63,990 bases of DNA, filler included, from Octopus bimaculoides (GCF_001194135.2; 3 parts of 3 records of this genome joined end to end with filler, not necessarily neighbours in it), one strand, 5' to 3'. Counted from the whole stretch's first letter, positions 12,783 through 25,423 are shown. Notes: generated by a model not told the origin, from the sequence alone. Numbers and translations: made by a program.

Positions 12783-13999
12783 TACATATACCTCAGCATA
12801 AGTCAATTCGATACATACAGATATATATATATATTCTTTTATTTGTTTCAATCATTAGACTGTGGCCATAGTAGGGTACCACCTTGAAGAATTTTAGCTG
12901 AACGAATTGACCCCAGTACTTTCTATTTTATGTAAAGCCTGGTACTCATTTTCTCGGTTTCTTTTGCCAAACTGCTAAGTTACTCTGACGTTAACATTCC
13001 AACACCAGTTGTCAAGTGGTGGAGTGACAAATACAGACATAAAAAGAAACAAACAGAGTTTTATATACACACACACACACACACACAATGAGCTTCTTTC
13101 AGTTTCTGTCAATCAAATTCACTCACAAGATTTTGGTTGATCTGAGGCTGTAGCAGACACTTGCAGAAGATGCCACATTATGGAAATGAAACTGGAACCA
13201 TGTGACTGGGAAGTAAACTTCTTACCACATAGCCATGCCTACACCTGTACACACACACACACACACACGCACACACAAACACACACACACAAATACACAT
13301 GCACACATGCATGCAGACACACACACACACATACTGAGAACAATATTTCATAGGCAACATTCTTGTTTCACTGAATTCTTAGCTCACCAGAAATATCTGG
13401 AACCCTTTGTTTAGTACCAAAGCATTTATGGTTGAAAATAAAAAGGAAAAAGGAAGGAGAAGAACACAACTGTTAAAAAAAAAACAAACTAAGATTTAAA
13501 AACAAACAAACAAAAACAAAAAACAATGGAAAACAGAGAAAAGAGAAACAAGGCATATGAAAGAGAAGGAAAGAACAAGAGGAGAGAAGGGAGGAAAGGA
13601 AGCTTGAATGCTGTGTTTAGAAGTTGCTTTGGAAGAATGGTTTTGTTAGTTTATTGTATTCAACTAATCAAATGAAGCTATTATTTAGATAAACAAACAA
13701 CTCTCTTTTCTTTTTATATTGTTTTTCATTTCAATGGTTGTTCTTTTTTCTCTTTTCTATCTCTTTTTATTATTTATTTGTNNNNNNNNNNNNNNNNNNN
13801 NNNNNNNNNNNNNNNNNNNNNNNNNNNNNNNNNNNNNNNNNNNNNNNNNNNNNNNNNNNNNNNNNNNNNNNNNNNNNNNNNNNNNNNNNNNNNNNNNNNN
13901 NNNNNNNNNNNNNNNNAGTTTTCAATAAATTTGATGTATTCTGGATTTCAAATCTATTGAGTTTCTTTTCATGGTTTGGGTGTGAGTTCCTTAAACATA

Positions 14000-15277
14000 C
14001 AGCGGTTGCACAAAATAATGGAAACACCTTAAAATTTCAAACAAATTTATTTTAATATGGGGTAGTAATTAATTTGGCAGTAATTACAGCTTGAATTCTA
14101 TGAGGTATGGACTCGTACAAAGTTTGATTTGTTTCCAAAGGAATTTTTGTCCGTTCTTCAACTAAAACAGTCTCCAGTTCTTGTAGTGATGATGGTGGAG
14201 GATATTGACTCCTTACTTGCTTTGCTAAAATGCACCATAAATGTTCAATAATATTGAGATCTGGGGATTGTGGTGGCTAGAGAAGATGTTCAACTTCACT
14301 AGAATGTTCCTTGTGTTATTCAGTAACAACTTTAGCTGTGTGAATTGGTGCATAATCATCCTGAAAGATTGTGTTTCCCTTCGGAAACAGTTCTGCAACC
14401 ATAGGATGAAATTGATCAGATAGAATACTTAAATAGTCTTGACTATTAATTCTACCATGAAGGGAAGCCATTGGGCCAGCAGATTTCCAAGATATAGCCC
14501 CCCCACCCCCTCCAGAGATCATCACAGATCCTTCTCCATGTATAACAGTTGGAAGAAGACAGTCTGGATCAAATGCTTCTTTTGGCTGTCTCCACACGTA
14601 TACTTGACTGGTGGTCAGAAATAAGGTAAAGGATGACTTGTCCAAGAAAATATCATTCTTCCACTGCTCTAGGGACCAATTCTGTAGGTTTTTACTCCAC
14701 TCTAAATGCTTTGCAACGTTTGATTTTGAAAGTAGTGGTTTTCTGATTGCATCCCTCCCGTGAAACCTGGCTTTGTGCAGCTCCTGGCGAAAAGTTTTTG
14801 TGGAAACTAGGTTCTTGAGGTTGTCATTAAGCTCTGCAGTCATTTTGGGAGCTGTACTTTTGTGATCCTTTCTAAAAATTCACGTAAGAGTCTGATGATC
14901 CCTATCTGAAAATTTTGGTTTTCTTCCGGAGTTTTGTTTCAACGAGGAGGTTTTTCCCTCTTTCTCAAAGGCTGTCATTACTTTCAAGACAGTACTTCTT
15001 GATACACCAAACATTTCGGCTGTTTTCTTTATGCTAGCACCTGCCATACAAGCACCAAAAATTTGACCTCTTTGAAAGTCCGATAGATCTGTCATTTTAA
15101 TTACCTTTTTCTGGTGATATCTGAAAAGAAACAGCAATTTTAGCAAAACATATTAAGCAACACTAATAAAAAAAGAAAAAAAGAAATAAAAACGAACAAG
15201 CTTTTGACAATTTTATTGATATTTCAAAATTATGATGCTATGATGCTAGGTGTTTCCATTATTTTGTCCAACCTCTG
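14000..15277 (-). mobile_element. Full-length Tc1-family DNA transposon (defective transposase)
   Basis: About 29-bp TIRs (CAGCGGTTGCACAAAATAATGGAAACACC / CAGAGGTTGGACAAAATAATGGAAACACC), flanking TA at 13998-13999 and 15278-15279; transposase MTDLSDFQRGQI...FQDDYAPIHTA...PQSPDLNIIEHLW with stops and a frameshift. Confidence 0.92.
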
Positions 15278-15540
15278 TATATTTAAGTATATCATATATG
15301 GATGTGGTCCTGTAACCTGTCTAAGGATGGGGCAGTAAGACTGAACAAGAATCGACTGGGACATTGACCCATCCAACTCATAACAGCTTTAAAGCAGATG
15401 TAAAAGGATGATGATGATGATTTTTTAATGAAGATAGTGGTGATGATGATGACGATATATATATATATATATATGTAACCACACATGGACTGTTGATGAT
15501 TTTTCCTTATTTATATAGATATATATATAAATACATATAA

Positions 15541-15840
15541 TTATAACCAAGGAGAATGGAGAGCAAAAACAAAAAAAATGCAGCCATTAATACATTGGGT
15601 ATCTTAGACACAATCGCAAAGATTGATTTTTCATAATCATGCATACAGGTTATTTGCAGATAAGCTTTATGCATGATTCTGAAGAATTGATCTTCAATAT
15701 TGTGGCTAAGACATTTCATGTATTAATGGTTGCATTTATTATTGAATAATATAGCAATCTTCATGAGATCGATGTTTGATGAAACAATTGTAAATCAATG
15801 AAATAAAAAGACTTGCTCACTCCATTCTCCTTGGTTATAA
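15541..15840. repeat. Foldback/MITE-like imperfect palindrome (about 300 bp)
   Basis: Termini ttataaccaaggagaatggag / ctccattctccttggttataa; inner arms also pair (aaatgcagccattaatacat / atgtattaatggttgcattt), centred near ttatttgcagataa, with an asymmetric insert of roughly 70 bp. Confidence 0.8.
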
Positions 15841-16003
15841 TCGTGGAAACTGCAGATATTTATGGATATTCTTCAGACAGGTGTTTTTAATAAGATTACC
15901 ATCTGTGTGATAGTCTGGACATGTAGATGATATTAATAAGGTAGACTCCAGGTTCTTGGGATAAATTTGAAAATTTTTCATGACTTTTTTTTTTTTTTTT
16001 TAG

Positions 16004-16104
16004 GAACAGCTATATATACTGGTGAATGTTCAACAGCATTGGAAAGCATAGAGATTAAAGTAACTGAGAAGAGGTTAGTTGACATGGAAGACTGGAAGTC
16101 ATAA
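16004..16104 (+). CDS. Candidate terminal exon: (R)TAIYTGECSTALESIEIKVTEKRLVDMEDWKS*
   Basis: Poly(T) plus TAG acceptor; only the phase 1 frame is open, matching the previous exon; TAA at 16102-16104. An alternative donor GTTAGT exists at 16074. Confidence 0.45.
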
Positions 16105-16236
16105 GAATATTGGAAGAGTTACCTGTATCATGGTGATTCATATCAGTTATCAAAATGCTGACATGATGATTGCTGGTCAATGCTCTGTAAACATTGCAAA
16201 AGCTGTAATATATGACATAGACATAAAAAAAAAAAC

Positions 16237-16848
16237 TAAGTACCCCCAAACTGTGATGGCCTTTGGGTGTACCTCCAGTGAGGGTAATGTCATGCCACTC
16301 TACATCTTTAAACGGGGCTCAGAGCGCTATGTGAAGCTGCTGGAAATTGTGTTCAAACCCTAGCTGGAGAGGATTGCTACTGGAGGCTCATATGTGTGAT
16401 AGCAGGATTCAGATCCTTACCATACTTCCGGAAAGAATCAGAAATGGTGGTTGGAGAATTTCTACAATTTCACCATCCCCAATTTCTGGCTTCTTAATTC
16501 CTCCATTCGTTATCCCATGGATTACCACGTGTGGGGCACAATTGAGAAAGGCACCAACTTCTCTGCCTGCAACAGCAAGACTGAGTAGGTTACCAAGATC
16601 AAGAAGGTGCTTGAAGACCTTCTCAGAGACACAGTGAGGAACACATGTACCAGGTTCCAGAGCTATCTTGAAGTCATGGTGGAAGGTGAGGGTAGCTACT
16701 CTGAGTAAATTGTTGTCTCCCAACCATAATCTAGTTGATAGGTTTTGATTTTTTAAAATACTTTTTTAGATGTATTTAGATGTATTTTTAGATGGCATAG
16801 TGTTTTCTTTTCCTTTTATGCAAACTGTCAAATTTAATGTGAACACCC
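16237..16848 (+). mobile_element. maT (DD37D) mariner-like transposon 3' fragment
   Basis: VMAFGCTSSEGNVMP...QQDS-like and MDYHVWG motifs; ends in gtgaacaccc|ta. Confidence 0.7.
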
Positions 16849-16857
16849 TATATTTAT

Positions 16858-16888
<31 letters not shown>

Positions 16889-16892
16889 TATA

Positions 16893-17216
16893 TCAAGTCA
16901 TCCCATTAGTTCTGTCCGATTTTACCTTTTTTTAAATTGAATGAAATTTAATAGTATTTTAGAATGTCTAATGAGATTAAAAATTATTTTTATGCATTTG
17001 TGTACATTTAAACTAATTAAATATTATTTTACAGAATAATAGAATTAAAATTTCTTTGATTAAAAAAGTCATTTCTAACATGGAAGTATCCAAAAAGCAT
17101 TTAAGGCACATAATGCTTTATGAGTACAAATAAGGAAACTCTGCAGCCGAAGCTACTCCAAACATACGCTCAGTTTATGAGAAAGAATGCTTGAATGAAA
17201 GAACTTGCAGAAGATG
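16893..17216 (+). mobile_element. Mariner 5' end and transposase N-terminus, running into a gap
   Basis: TIR-like tatcaagtcatcccattagttctgtccg; MEVSKKHLRHIMLYEYK*GNSAAEATPNIRSVYEKECLNERTCRR (mariner HTH). Confidence 0.75.
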
Positions 17217-18019
17217 NNNNNNNNNNNNNNNNNNNNNNNNNNNNNNNNNNNNNNNNNNNNNNNNNNNNNNNNNNNNNNNNNNNNNNNNNNNNNNNNNNNN
17301 NNNNNNNNNNNNNNNNNNNNNNNNNNNNNNNNNNNNNNNNNNNNNNNNNNNNNNNNNNNNNNNNNNNNNNNNNNNNNNNNNNNNNNNNNNNNNNNNNNNN
17401 NNNNNNNNNNNNNNNNNNNNNNNNNNNNNNNNNNNNNNNNNNNNNNNNNNNNNNNNNNNNNNNNNNNNNNNNNNNNNNNNNNNNNNNNNNNNNNNNNNNN
17501 NNNNNNNNNNNNNNNNNNNNNNNNNNNNNNNNNNNNNNNNNNNNNNNNNNNNNNNNNNNNNNNNNNNNNNNNNNNNNNNNNNNNNNNNNNNNNNNNNNNN
17601 NNNNNNNNNNNNNNNNNNNNNNNNNNNNNNNNNNNNNNNNNNNNNNNNNNNNNNNNNNNNNNNNNNNNNNNNNNNNNNNNNNNNNNNNNNNNNNNNNNNN
17701 NNNNNNNNNNNNNNNNNNNNNNNNNNNNNNNNNNNNNNNNNNNNNNNNNNNNNNNNNNNNNNNNNNNNNNNNNNNNNNNNNNNNNNNNNNNNNNNNNNNN
17801 NNNNNNNNNNNNNNNNNNNNNNNNNNNNNNNNNNNNNNNNNNNNNNNNNNNNNNNNNNNNNNNNNNNNNNNNNNNNNNNNNNNNNNNNNNNNNNNNNNNN
17901 NNNNNNNNNNNNNNNNNNNNNNNNNNNNNNNNNNNNNNNNNNNNNNNNNNNNNNNNNNNNNNNNNNNNNNNNNNNNNNNNNNNNNNNNNNNNNNNNNNNN
18001 NNNNNNNNNNNNNNNNNNN

Positions 18020-18074
<55 letters not shown>

Positions 18075-18494
18075 TTCTTTTACTTGTTCCAGTCATTTGA
18101 CTGCAGCCATGCTGGAGCACTACCTTGAAGTGTTTTAGTCAAACAAATCAACTCCAGGACTTATTTTTGAAGGCTAGTACTTATACTATCAGTCTATTTT
18201 GCTGAACTGCTAAGTTATGGGGATGTAAACACACCAACACCAGTTGTCAAGTGCTGAGGTGGGGACACAGACACAAAGACACACACACATGCATACATAC
18301 ATACATATATATTCGATGGACTTCTTTCAGTTTCTGTCTACCAAATCCACTCACAAGGCTTTGGTTGGCCCGAGGTTATAGTAGAAGACACTTGCTCAAG
18401 GTGCCATGCAGTGGGACTGAACCCATAACCATGTGTTTGGGAAGCAAGCTTCTTACCGCCCAGCCACAAACACACATACACACACACACACATA

Positions 18495-18800
18495 TCAATA
18501 AGCAAAGTAGCTAGTGAGAAAATCTCTATTTGAGACGAAAGTAGTAACTATACCGAGAAGTAATGTTTGTTGCCACTTCAAGATGGCTGTTCCGTAGGAA
18601 CTGACATTACTACTGCTTTTAACCCCAGGAGGAGCCTCCTCCAGCTGGTTATTGATGGAATCTGCACCCAATATATATTGCAAGCAGAGGGGTGAACCCC
18701 TACCATCTTCTAGCAGACAACAGGACCACCAAACCATATGGCTTTGAGCTATCTGTGCTCATCCTCAGTGGTGTTCTTACAGAACAGCCATCTTGAATTG
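18495..18800 (-). mobile_element. Penelope pLTR-like repeat carrying a decayed hammerhead
   Basis: Homologous to 46986-47200 (ttgccactt...ccccaggaggagcctcctccagctgg); hammerhead fold at the equivalent position. Confidence 0.55.
18727..18773 (-). ncRNA. Decayed type I hammerhead ribozyme motif
   Basis: CACCA-CUGAGGA-U-GAGC(ACAGAUA)GCUC-AAAG-CC(AUAU)GG-UU-UGGUG: perfect stems I and II, palindromic stem III loop; GAAA is mutated to AAAG. Confidence 0.5.
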
Positions 18801-20129
18801 ATAATAAACATTACTTCTATATGTATATATCTTTTATCTTTTACTTGTTTCAGTCATTAGACTGTGGCCATGCTGGAGCACCATGTTGAAGAATTTTAGT
18901 TGAAAGAATCACCCACAGTGCTTATATTTTTTTTAAGCCTAGTACTTATTTGATCAGATCTTTTGCTAAACTGCTAGGACACTAGGTTATGGGGATGTAA
19001 ACGCACTAACACCAGTTTTCAAGTAGTGATGGGGGACAAAGGGGACAAACACACACACAAACATACATGCACACATAGATACACACATACACACATGAAT
19101 GGGCATTCATATATGTATGTGTATATATGTGTATATAGGTACTTAAAGAGACACAGACTGAGACATATATATATATATATATATATATATANNNNNNNNN
19201 NNNNNNNNNNNNNNNNNNNNNNNNNNNNNNNNNNNNNNNNNNNNNNNNNNNNNNNNNNNNNNNNNNNNNNNNNNNNNNNNNNNNNNNNNNNNNNNNNNNN
19301 NNNNNNNNNNNNNNNNNNNNNNNNNNNNNNNNNNNNNNNNNNNNNNNNNNNNNNNNNNNNNNNNNNNNNNNNNNNNNNNNNNNNNNNNNNNNNNNNNNNN
19401 NNNNNNNNNNNNNNNNNNNNNNNNNNNNNNNNNNNNNNNNNNNNNNNNNNNNNNNNNNNNNNNNNNNNNNNNNNNNNNNNNNNNNNNNNNNNNNNNNNNN
19501 NNNNNNNNNNNNNNNNNNNNNNNNNNNNNNNNNNNNNNNNNNNNNNNNNNNNNNNNNNNNNNNNNNNNNNNNNNNNNNNNNNNNNNNNNNNNNNNNNNNN
19601 NNNNNNNNNNNNNNNNNNNNNNNNNNNNNNNNNNNNNNNNNNNNNNNNNNNNNNNNNNNNNNNNNNNNNNNNNNNNNNNNNNNNNNNNNNNNNNNNNNNN
19701 NNNNNNNNNNNNNNNNNNNNNNNNNNNNNNNNNNNNNNNNNNNNNNNNNNNNNNNNNNNNNNNNNNNNNNNNNNNNNNNNNNNNNNNNNNNNNNNNNNNN
19801 NNNNNNNNTGTAAAGGTTACGCTTTACTCAGAAATATCCAAACCAAACAAAGAAAAATTCTTCAGTGGGTTTTGCTTTTCATGTTTGTTTGGTTGTTTTA
19901 TAATAGTTTATTTTTCTTCATTTTTCCTTCTTTATATATATTTTATTTTTATTTTATTGTTTTGTTTTGATTCTTTTTTGCGTTTTTTTTTTTTTTGGCA
20001 ACTCATGTAATATGTTTTAATGATCAAGTGAGAGTGAACAAAACTGAAGAACATCAGAAATGGTTAAGCTGGAGGCAAATAGAGATGTGATAGGAACAGA
20101 TGTCAAAAGAAGCAAATAGACAAGGGGGC

Positions 20130-20474
20130 AAGGGAGATAGATAGAAGGACACAGATTGATAGAGAGATAAATGAAGAGAAAGATAGATATATAGATAGAA
20201 CGATAAATAGATAGACAGACAAACAGAGAGACAAACAGAGAGACAAATAGATAGATAGATAGATAGATAGATAGACAGACATATATATTTATTGAGAGAG
20301 AGTGAGAGATAGACAGACAGACAGTCACTCAGCCAAACAGATAGACAGACAAACAGACAGACAGATAGATAGATAGATAGATAGATAGATTGATAGATGG
20401 ATAGATAGATAGGTAGACAGACATATATATTTATTGAGAGAGAGTGAGAGATAGACAGACAGACAGAGAGACAA

Positions 20475-20551
<77 letters not shown>

Positions 20552-20800
20552 CAGACATATATTTATTGAGAGAGGGTGAGAGAGAGAGAGAGACAGACAG
20601 AAAGATAAATTGATAGATAGATAGATAAACTGATAGATAGATAGATAGATAGATAGACAGAGAGACAGACATATATATATATTGAGAGAGAGAGAGACAG
20701 ACAGACAGATAGATAGATAGATAGATAGATTGATAGATGGATAGATAGATAGGTAGACAAACATATGGACAGAGGGAGACAGAGATATGTGAAAACAGAT
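20130..20800. repeat. Compound (GATA)n/(GACA)n microsatellite with a higher-order unit of about 120-140 bp
   Basis: The block gacagacatatat(at)ttattgagagagag recurs at about 20275, 20417, 20551 and 20666. Confidence 0.85.
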
Positions 20801-20924
20801 GAATAGATATGCATTTAAAGAAACTAACTGCCGTCCCCTCTCATACTTGAACATGTGCACAGATGTATTTCCCCAGATACACCTAGATACACACAAAGAT
20901 AAATATAATGTGAAAAACACACCT

Positions 20925-21011
<87 letters not shown>

Positions 21012-21725
21012 AACAATGAAGGGAGGGGGCTTTAAGTCATTGCTTGACTTGTTAGGAATTACAACCAGATCGACTCTCATGTTACACCCTGCTGCCTTGA
21101 AGAACACATTTGATGACATGGTTCTGGGGTGTGTAGCGCTTGTGAGTCGTATGTGATGGTCATGGCTGGACTGCTTTCGATCATAGGCTCTGGTCGACTG
21201 GGGATGACTTAGGGTTGAAACAATGAGCAGAAATAGACATAAAAAGAGAAAGAGAGAGAAAGATAGACATACAGACAGGCAGACTGACTGACTGACAGAG
21301 AGTTAGGCAGATTGAAGGGAAATAAATTAACATAATTTATTACTCAAAGTCTCCTTTTGTCTTCAACTGGACAAGTTATTTCTGAAATGATATAATTTTT
21401 CTGTAGATTCCATTTATATTCTCAGATTTCTTCCTTCTATTTCTTCACCTCCACCCCACCTCACACCAGCCATTGTCTGTCTTTCTGTCTGTACACTCTG
21501 TACTTCCTTCTTTCACTCTACGTTTCAGATTTATTCATTTATTGTTTTCCCTTGATGTCCTTTTTTTTTTTTATTTCTAAAAAAAAAAAAAATTTTTTTT
21601 CTTTCCATTCCACCTCTCCCTACCAACAGAAATTCTGTTTCTTCACCCCAGTCTCAAATACGCCCCTGTCTGTCTGCCTGTCTGTCTGTTTATCAGTCAC
21701 TGTCTGTCTCTGTCTCTCTCTCTGT

Positions 21726-21774
<49 letters not shown>

Positions 21775-22568
21775 TGATTCTGCATCTGAATATTTGTTAT
21801 TGTCAGACAATTCATACAACTCAAAATAAGGATACAGATTTTTGGTGGAAAGACAATGTTTTTATTTTGGACCCATAACAAGGCTTCAGGAGTAATTAAG
21901 ACTTTCTTTACAATCTAACCGTATTGAACAATGCATGGCACACATACTGAACAATGCATGGCATGCTTGGTATAAAGTTAAGGACTTCGAAACATTTGAA
22001 AATTATTTTGTTTTGAAAAAATATTAATATTTTGTTTGAAAATATACCCTCTCTACTATAGGAACAAGGCCTGAAATTTCAGGGAGGAGACTAGTTAATT
22101 ACATCAACCCCCAGTGTTTCACTGGTACTTAATTTATTGACCCCAGTGTTTCACTGGTACTTAATTTATCAATCTCAAAAGGATGAAAGGCAAAGTTGAC
22201 CTTGGCAGAATTTGAACTCAGAATGTAGTGATGGGTGAAATATCGCTAAACATTTCTTCCAGCATGCTAACAATTCTGCCAGCTTGCCCCCTATTGTTTG
22301 AAAATATTGGGTTATCCAGAAAGTTTGTGCCGATTTATAGTAGCTTACCTTTCGACTCATTTGCCATGAAACCACCTCAATTCTGGGAAGAGGGTATTTT
22401 TAAGTTAAAGGAAAGATAAAGATGCATTGTGCAACAAAATGGTTCATATTTGGTGGATTAAAAATGTANNNNNNNNNNNNNNNNNNNNNNNNNNNNNNNN
22501 NNNNNNNNNNNNTTAATTAATTAANNNNNNNNNNNNNNNNNNNNNNNNNNNNNNNNNNNNNNNNNNNN

Positions 22569-22645
<77 letters not shown>

Positions 22646-22648
<3 letters not shown>

Positions 22649-22874
22649 GAGGGTGGTGGGGTTGAAATGTTCCTGGTTTAAAGGGTATCGCAAAAGGCCT
22701 GGTTGGAGGCCCAACCTTCCAAATTCTTATACAACGCTTAGAAAAATTTGAAAGACCACTGCAATAAGTGTATGAATCTGAGATGGGAATATGTTGACCA
22801 AAATCGTAATTAACTGGTCCTCCTGTATTTTCTTTTGCCCCAAAGTCAGGAACTCTTCTCAGCACACCCTCATA
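22646..22874. mobile_element. Mariner-derived MITE
   Basis: Termini TACGAGGGTG... / ...CACCCTCATA in TA context; internal piece resembles the mariner C-terminus. Confidence 0.6.
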
Positions 22875-23639
22875 TATTGCTGAGGCACATGGCTCTGTGG
22901 TTAGGTTGTTGAACTCATGATCATAAGATTGTGGTTTCAAATCCTGTACCCCACAATGCATTGTGCTCTTGAGCAAAACATTTCATTTCACATTGCTCAA
23001 GTGTGCTTGGCTGATAAAATTGAGTAACCCTGCGACGGACCAGTGTCCCATCCAGGGAGGACTATAAACTGGTGATGCTCATTTACAACTATCACATGAT
23101 GTCAAGACAAGAAGACAAACACACACATATCGCTCAACACCTTTCACCCCCACATATACATATGTATATACAACAGGCTTCTTTCTGTTTCCCCGTCTAC
23201 CAAATTCATTCACAGGCTTTGGTTGGCCCAGGACAATAGTAGAAGATACCTGCCCAAGATGCCATATAGTAGACTTGAACTCAAAACCATGTGGTTGGTA
23301 GTTGGGAAGCAATCTTCTTAATCACAGAGCCACAACTGCACCTACATATATGTACGTGTGTGAGTGTGTGCATATGTATATATATATGTGTGTGTGTGTG
23401 GACATACGTGTGTGTATATATATATGTGTATGTGTGAGTGTATATATATGTCATCGGACTCTATACAAAGACAAAAAAGTTAAACTTTCTACCACACGGA
23501 CGTGAGAAAACGCAGATATCGAGATTTAACGACTTACCTATAAAAACGTTAATGAGGGCGGGTTATTTCCCCTGAACCAGAGTATATAAAGGAAACTAAA
23601 ATAGACTAAGCAAATGGGGGATCCAATTTTGCCGTAGGT

Positions 23640-24030
23640 AGCACTTGAAATGGATACATTTAGAGAAAACTTTTTTACGACTATGCCAGGTTTAGCATAT
23701 TCCTTAAGAATTTAGATTCTCTCTGCAATGAAGATTTTGCAGCAGCCACTCCCATTAATGTATGGGCCTGGATGATCTATTAATTTCCACCTGATATCAC
23801 ATGGAGTCCCTTAAACTTTGAGGTGCCTCACATGGTTGGCCAGGGACAGGACAAAACATCTTTTTGGGACTCTGAAGGATGACTGGTGGTTGTGGAAGCG
23901 ACGTTTGAAAGATGTATTGGGCGATCCAATATATTTACAAACTTGGGAAGTGGCTATATTCACACTCCTGGTATATCTCTGGGAGGCTCCGAGCCTGGGG
24001 ATGTTGTTGGTAATACCATTGCTGTACAAG
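23640..24030 (-). mobile_element. Penelope-like element GIY-YIG endonuclease remnant
   Basis: KYIGSPNTSFKRRFHNHQSSFR...LANHVRHLK*GTPCDIRWKLID...GCCKI matches the PLE GIY-YIG (Uri) domain pattern. Confidence 0.75.
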
Positions 24031-24074
24031 GTGTGATGGCTAAACTGTCACCATTTTATACTTTTAATTTCATG

Positions 24075-24990
24075 CATGCGCATTGTTTGTTTTTGATTTT
24101 TGTCAACTACACAGTATTGTAAGATCAGTTGGACACCATCTGTGAGAAAAACAGCACAATCACGCAATTCACTCTCCCAGAAATTTGGAAACAACATACT
24201 GTACTGCTTGGCATTCACGCTAGAAGCTCCAATACAAACATTTCACAGTGTTTGGGTGTCAATCTGAGGACATGTACCGAGAGAGATAAAAATCAAACAT
24301 CCAGTCAACATCATGGTGTTTGGAGTGATCACTAGTGATATCAATATTATGTTTCTATTCATCTTCCCACACAGAGGTCTACATCAAGTGCCTGGATGAG
24401 TTAGTGCTGTCCTTCGTCAAGAGGGTGGCCGACGGAAGACCCTATGTCTGGCAACAGGACTCTGCACCATGCCACACAAGCAGGAGAACCCAGTCGTGGC
24501 TGTCAGATAATTTCTGTGACCACATCACCCCTAACATCTGGCCACTTAACTCCCCAGACTGCAAGCCCCTTGATTTATTATGTGTGGGACACAGATGAAT
24601 TTCAATAGACCACCAAATGATTCCAACAGATATTTGTACAATATCAACCCTGTATTTAACAATCTACTAATTACAGTCTCTGCTACTACTGAATTCAGGC
24701 AATATTGGTTTCAAATTTTGGCACAAGGCCAGCAAGTTCAGGAGAAGGGTTAAGTCGATTGCATCAACCCCAGTGCTCAACTTGTGAAGGCGAATGGCAT
24801 AGTGATTAGAGTGTTGGACTTATGATTGTAAGATTATGGTTTCGATTCTTGGACCGGGTGATGCTTTGTGTTCTTGACCAAAGCACTTCATTTCACATTG
24901 CTCCAGTCCACTCAGGTGGGAAATATTGATTTATTATGTGTCGGACACCAAAGATGAACTGAAGGCAAGAATTATGGTAGCATTGACACC
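24075..24990 (+). mobile_element. maT (DD37D) transposon remnant, interrupted at 24593-24925
   Basis: YVWQQDSAPCHTS...WPLNSPDCKPLD with 37 residues between the two Asp; resumes after the insert as caaagatgaactgaaggcaag. Confidence 0.8.
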
Positions 24991-25316
24991 ACACTTCCTG
25001 CTTAACACAAACTTTTAACCCTTTTTTTAAACCTAACACAACTCTCAATTCTCATGCATCCTTATTTTTCCAACCATTATATACATGAATTACCATTGAA
25101 CTTCAAAAGCTCAAAGACAATATAATGTATTGGTATATTTATTTTTTTATACATTATTTTTTTTATATATTATTTTCTTCATTTTGTACTTCTTTGTAAA
25201 AAACATTTTCATTCTCCCTCTTCTTGAAAATTTGCTTCGCAATGAAAGCCGGTTAGAAATCTTTATCAAAATATGCTTCCCGTTTAGCATTCTGCCTTAT
25301 TATTATTTTTCGTTTT

Positions 25317-25375
<59 letters not shown>

Positions 25376-25423
25376 TGTCAACCTTATAGAAGAGAAAATA
25401 TAAAATAAAATATTCCCACTTAC

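Noticed and set aside
15812-15850. Exon-like FHDYNQGEW segment on the minus strand
   Set aside because: It coincides with the arm of the foldback element and connects to no gene model.
21340-21385. Possible minus-strand acceptor (tatcatttcag) as a terminal SPAG1 exon
   Set aside because: It gives an immediate stop in the required phase and has no supporting similarity.
22513-22524. TTAATTAATTAA island between N runs
   Set aside because: A 12-mer with stops in all six frames, repeated identically at 46868-46879 inside gaps; an artificial scaffolding linker.
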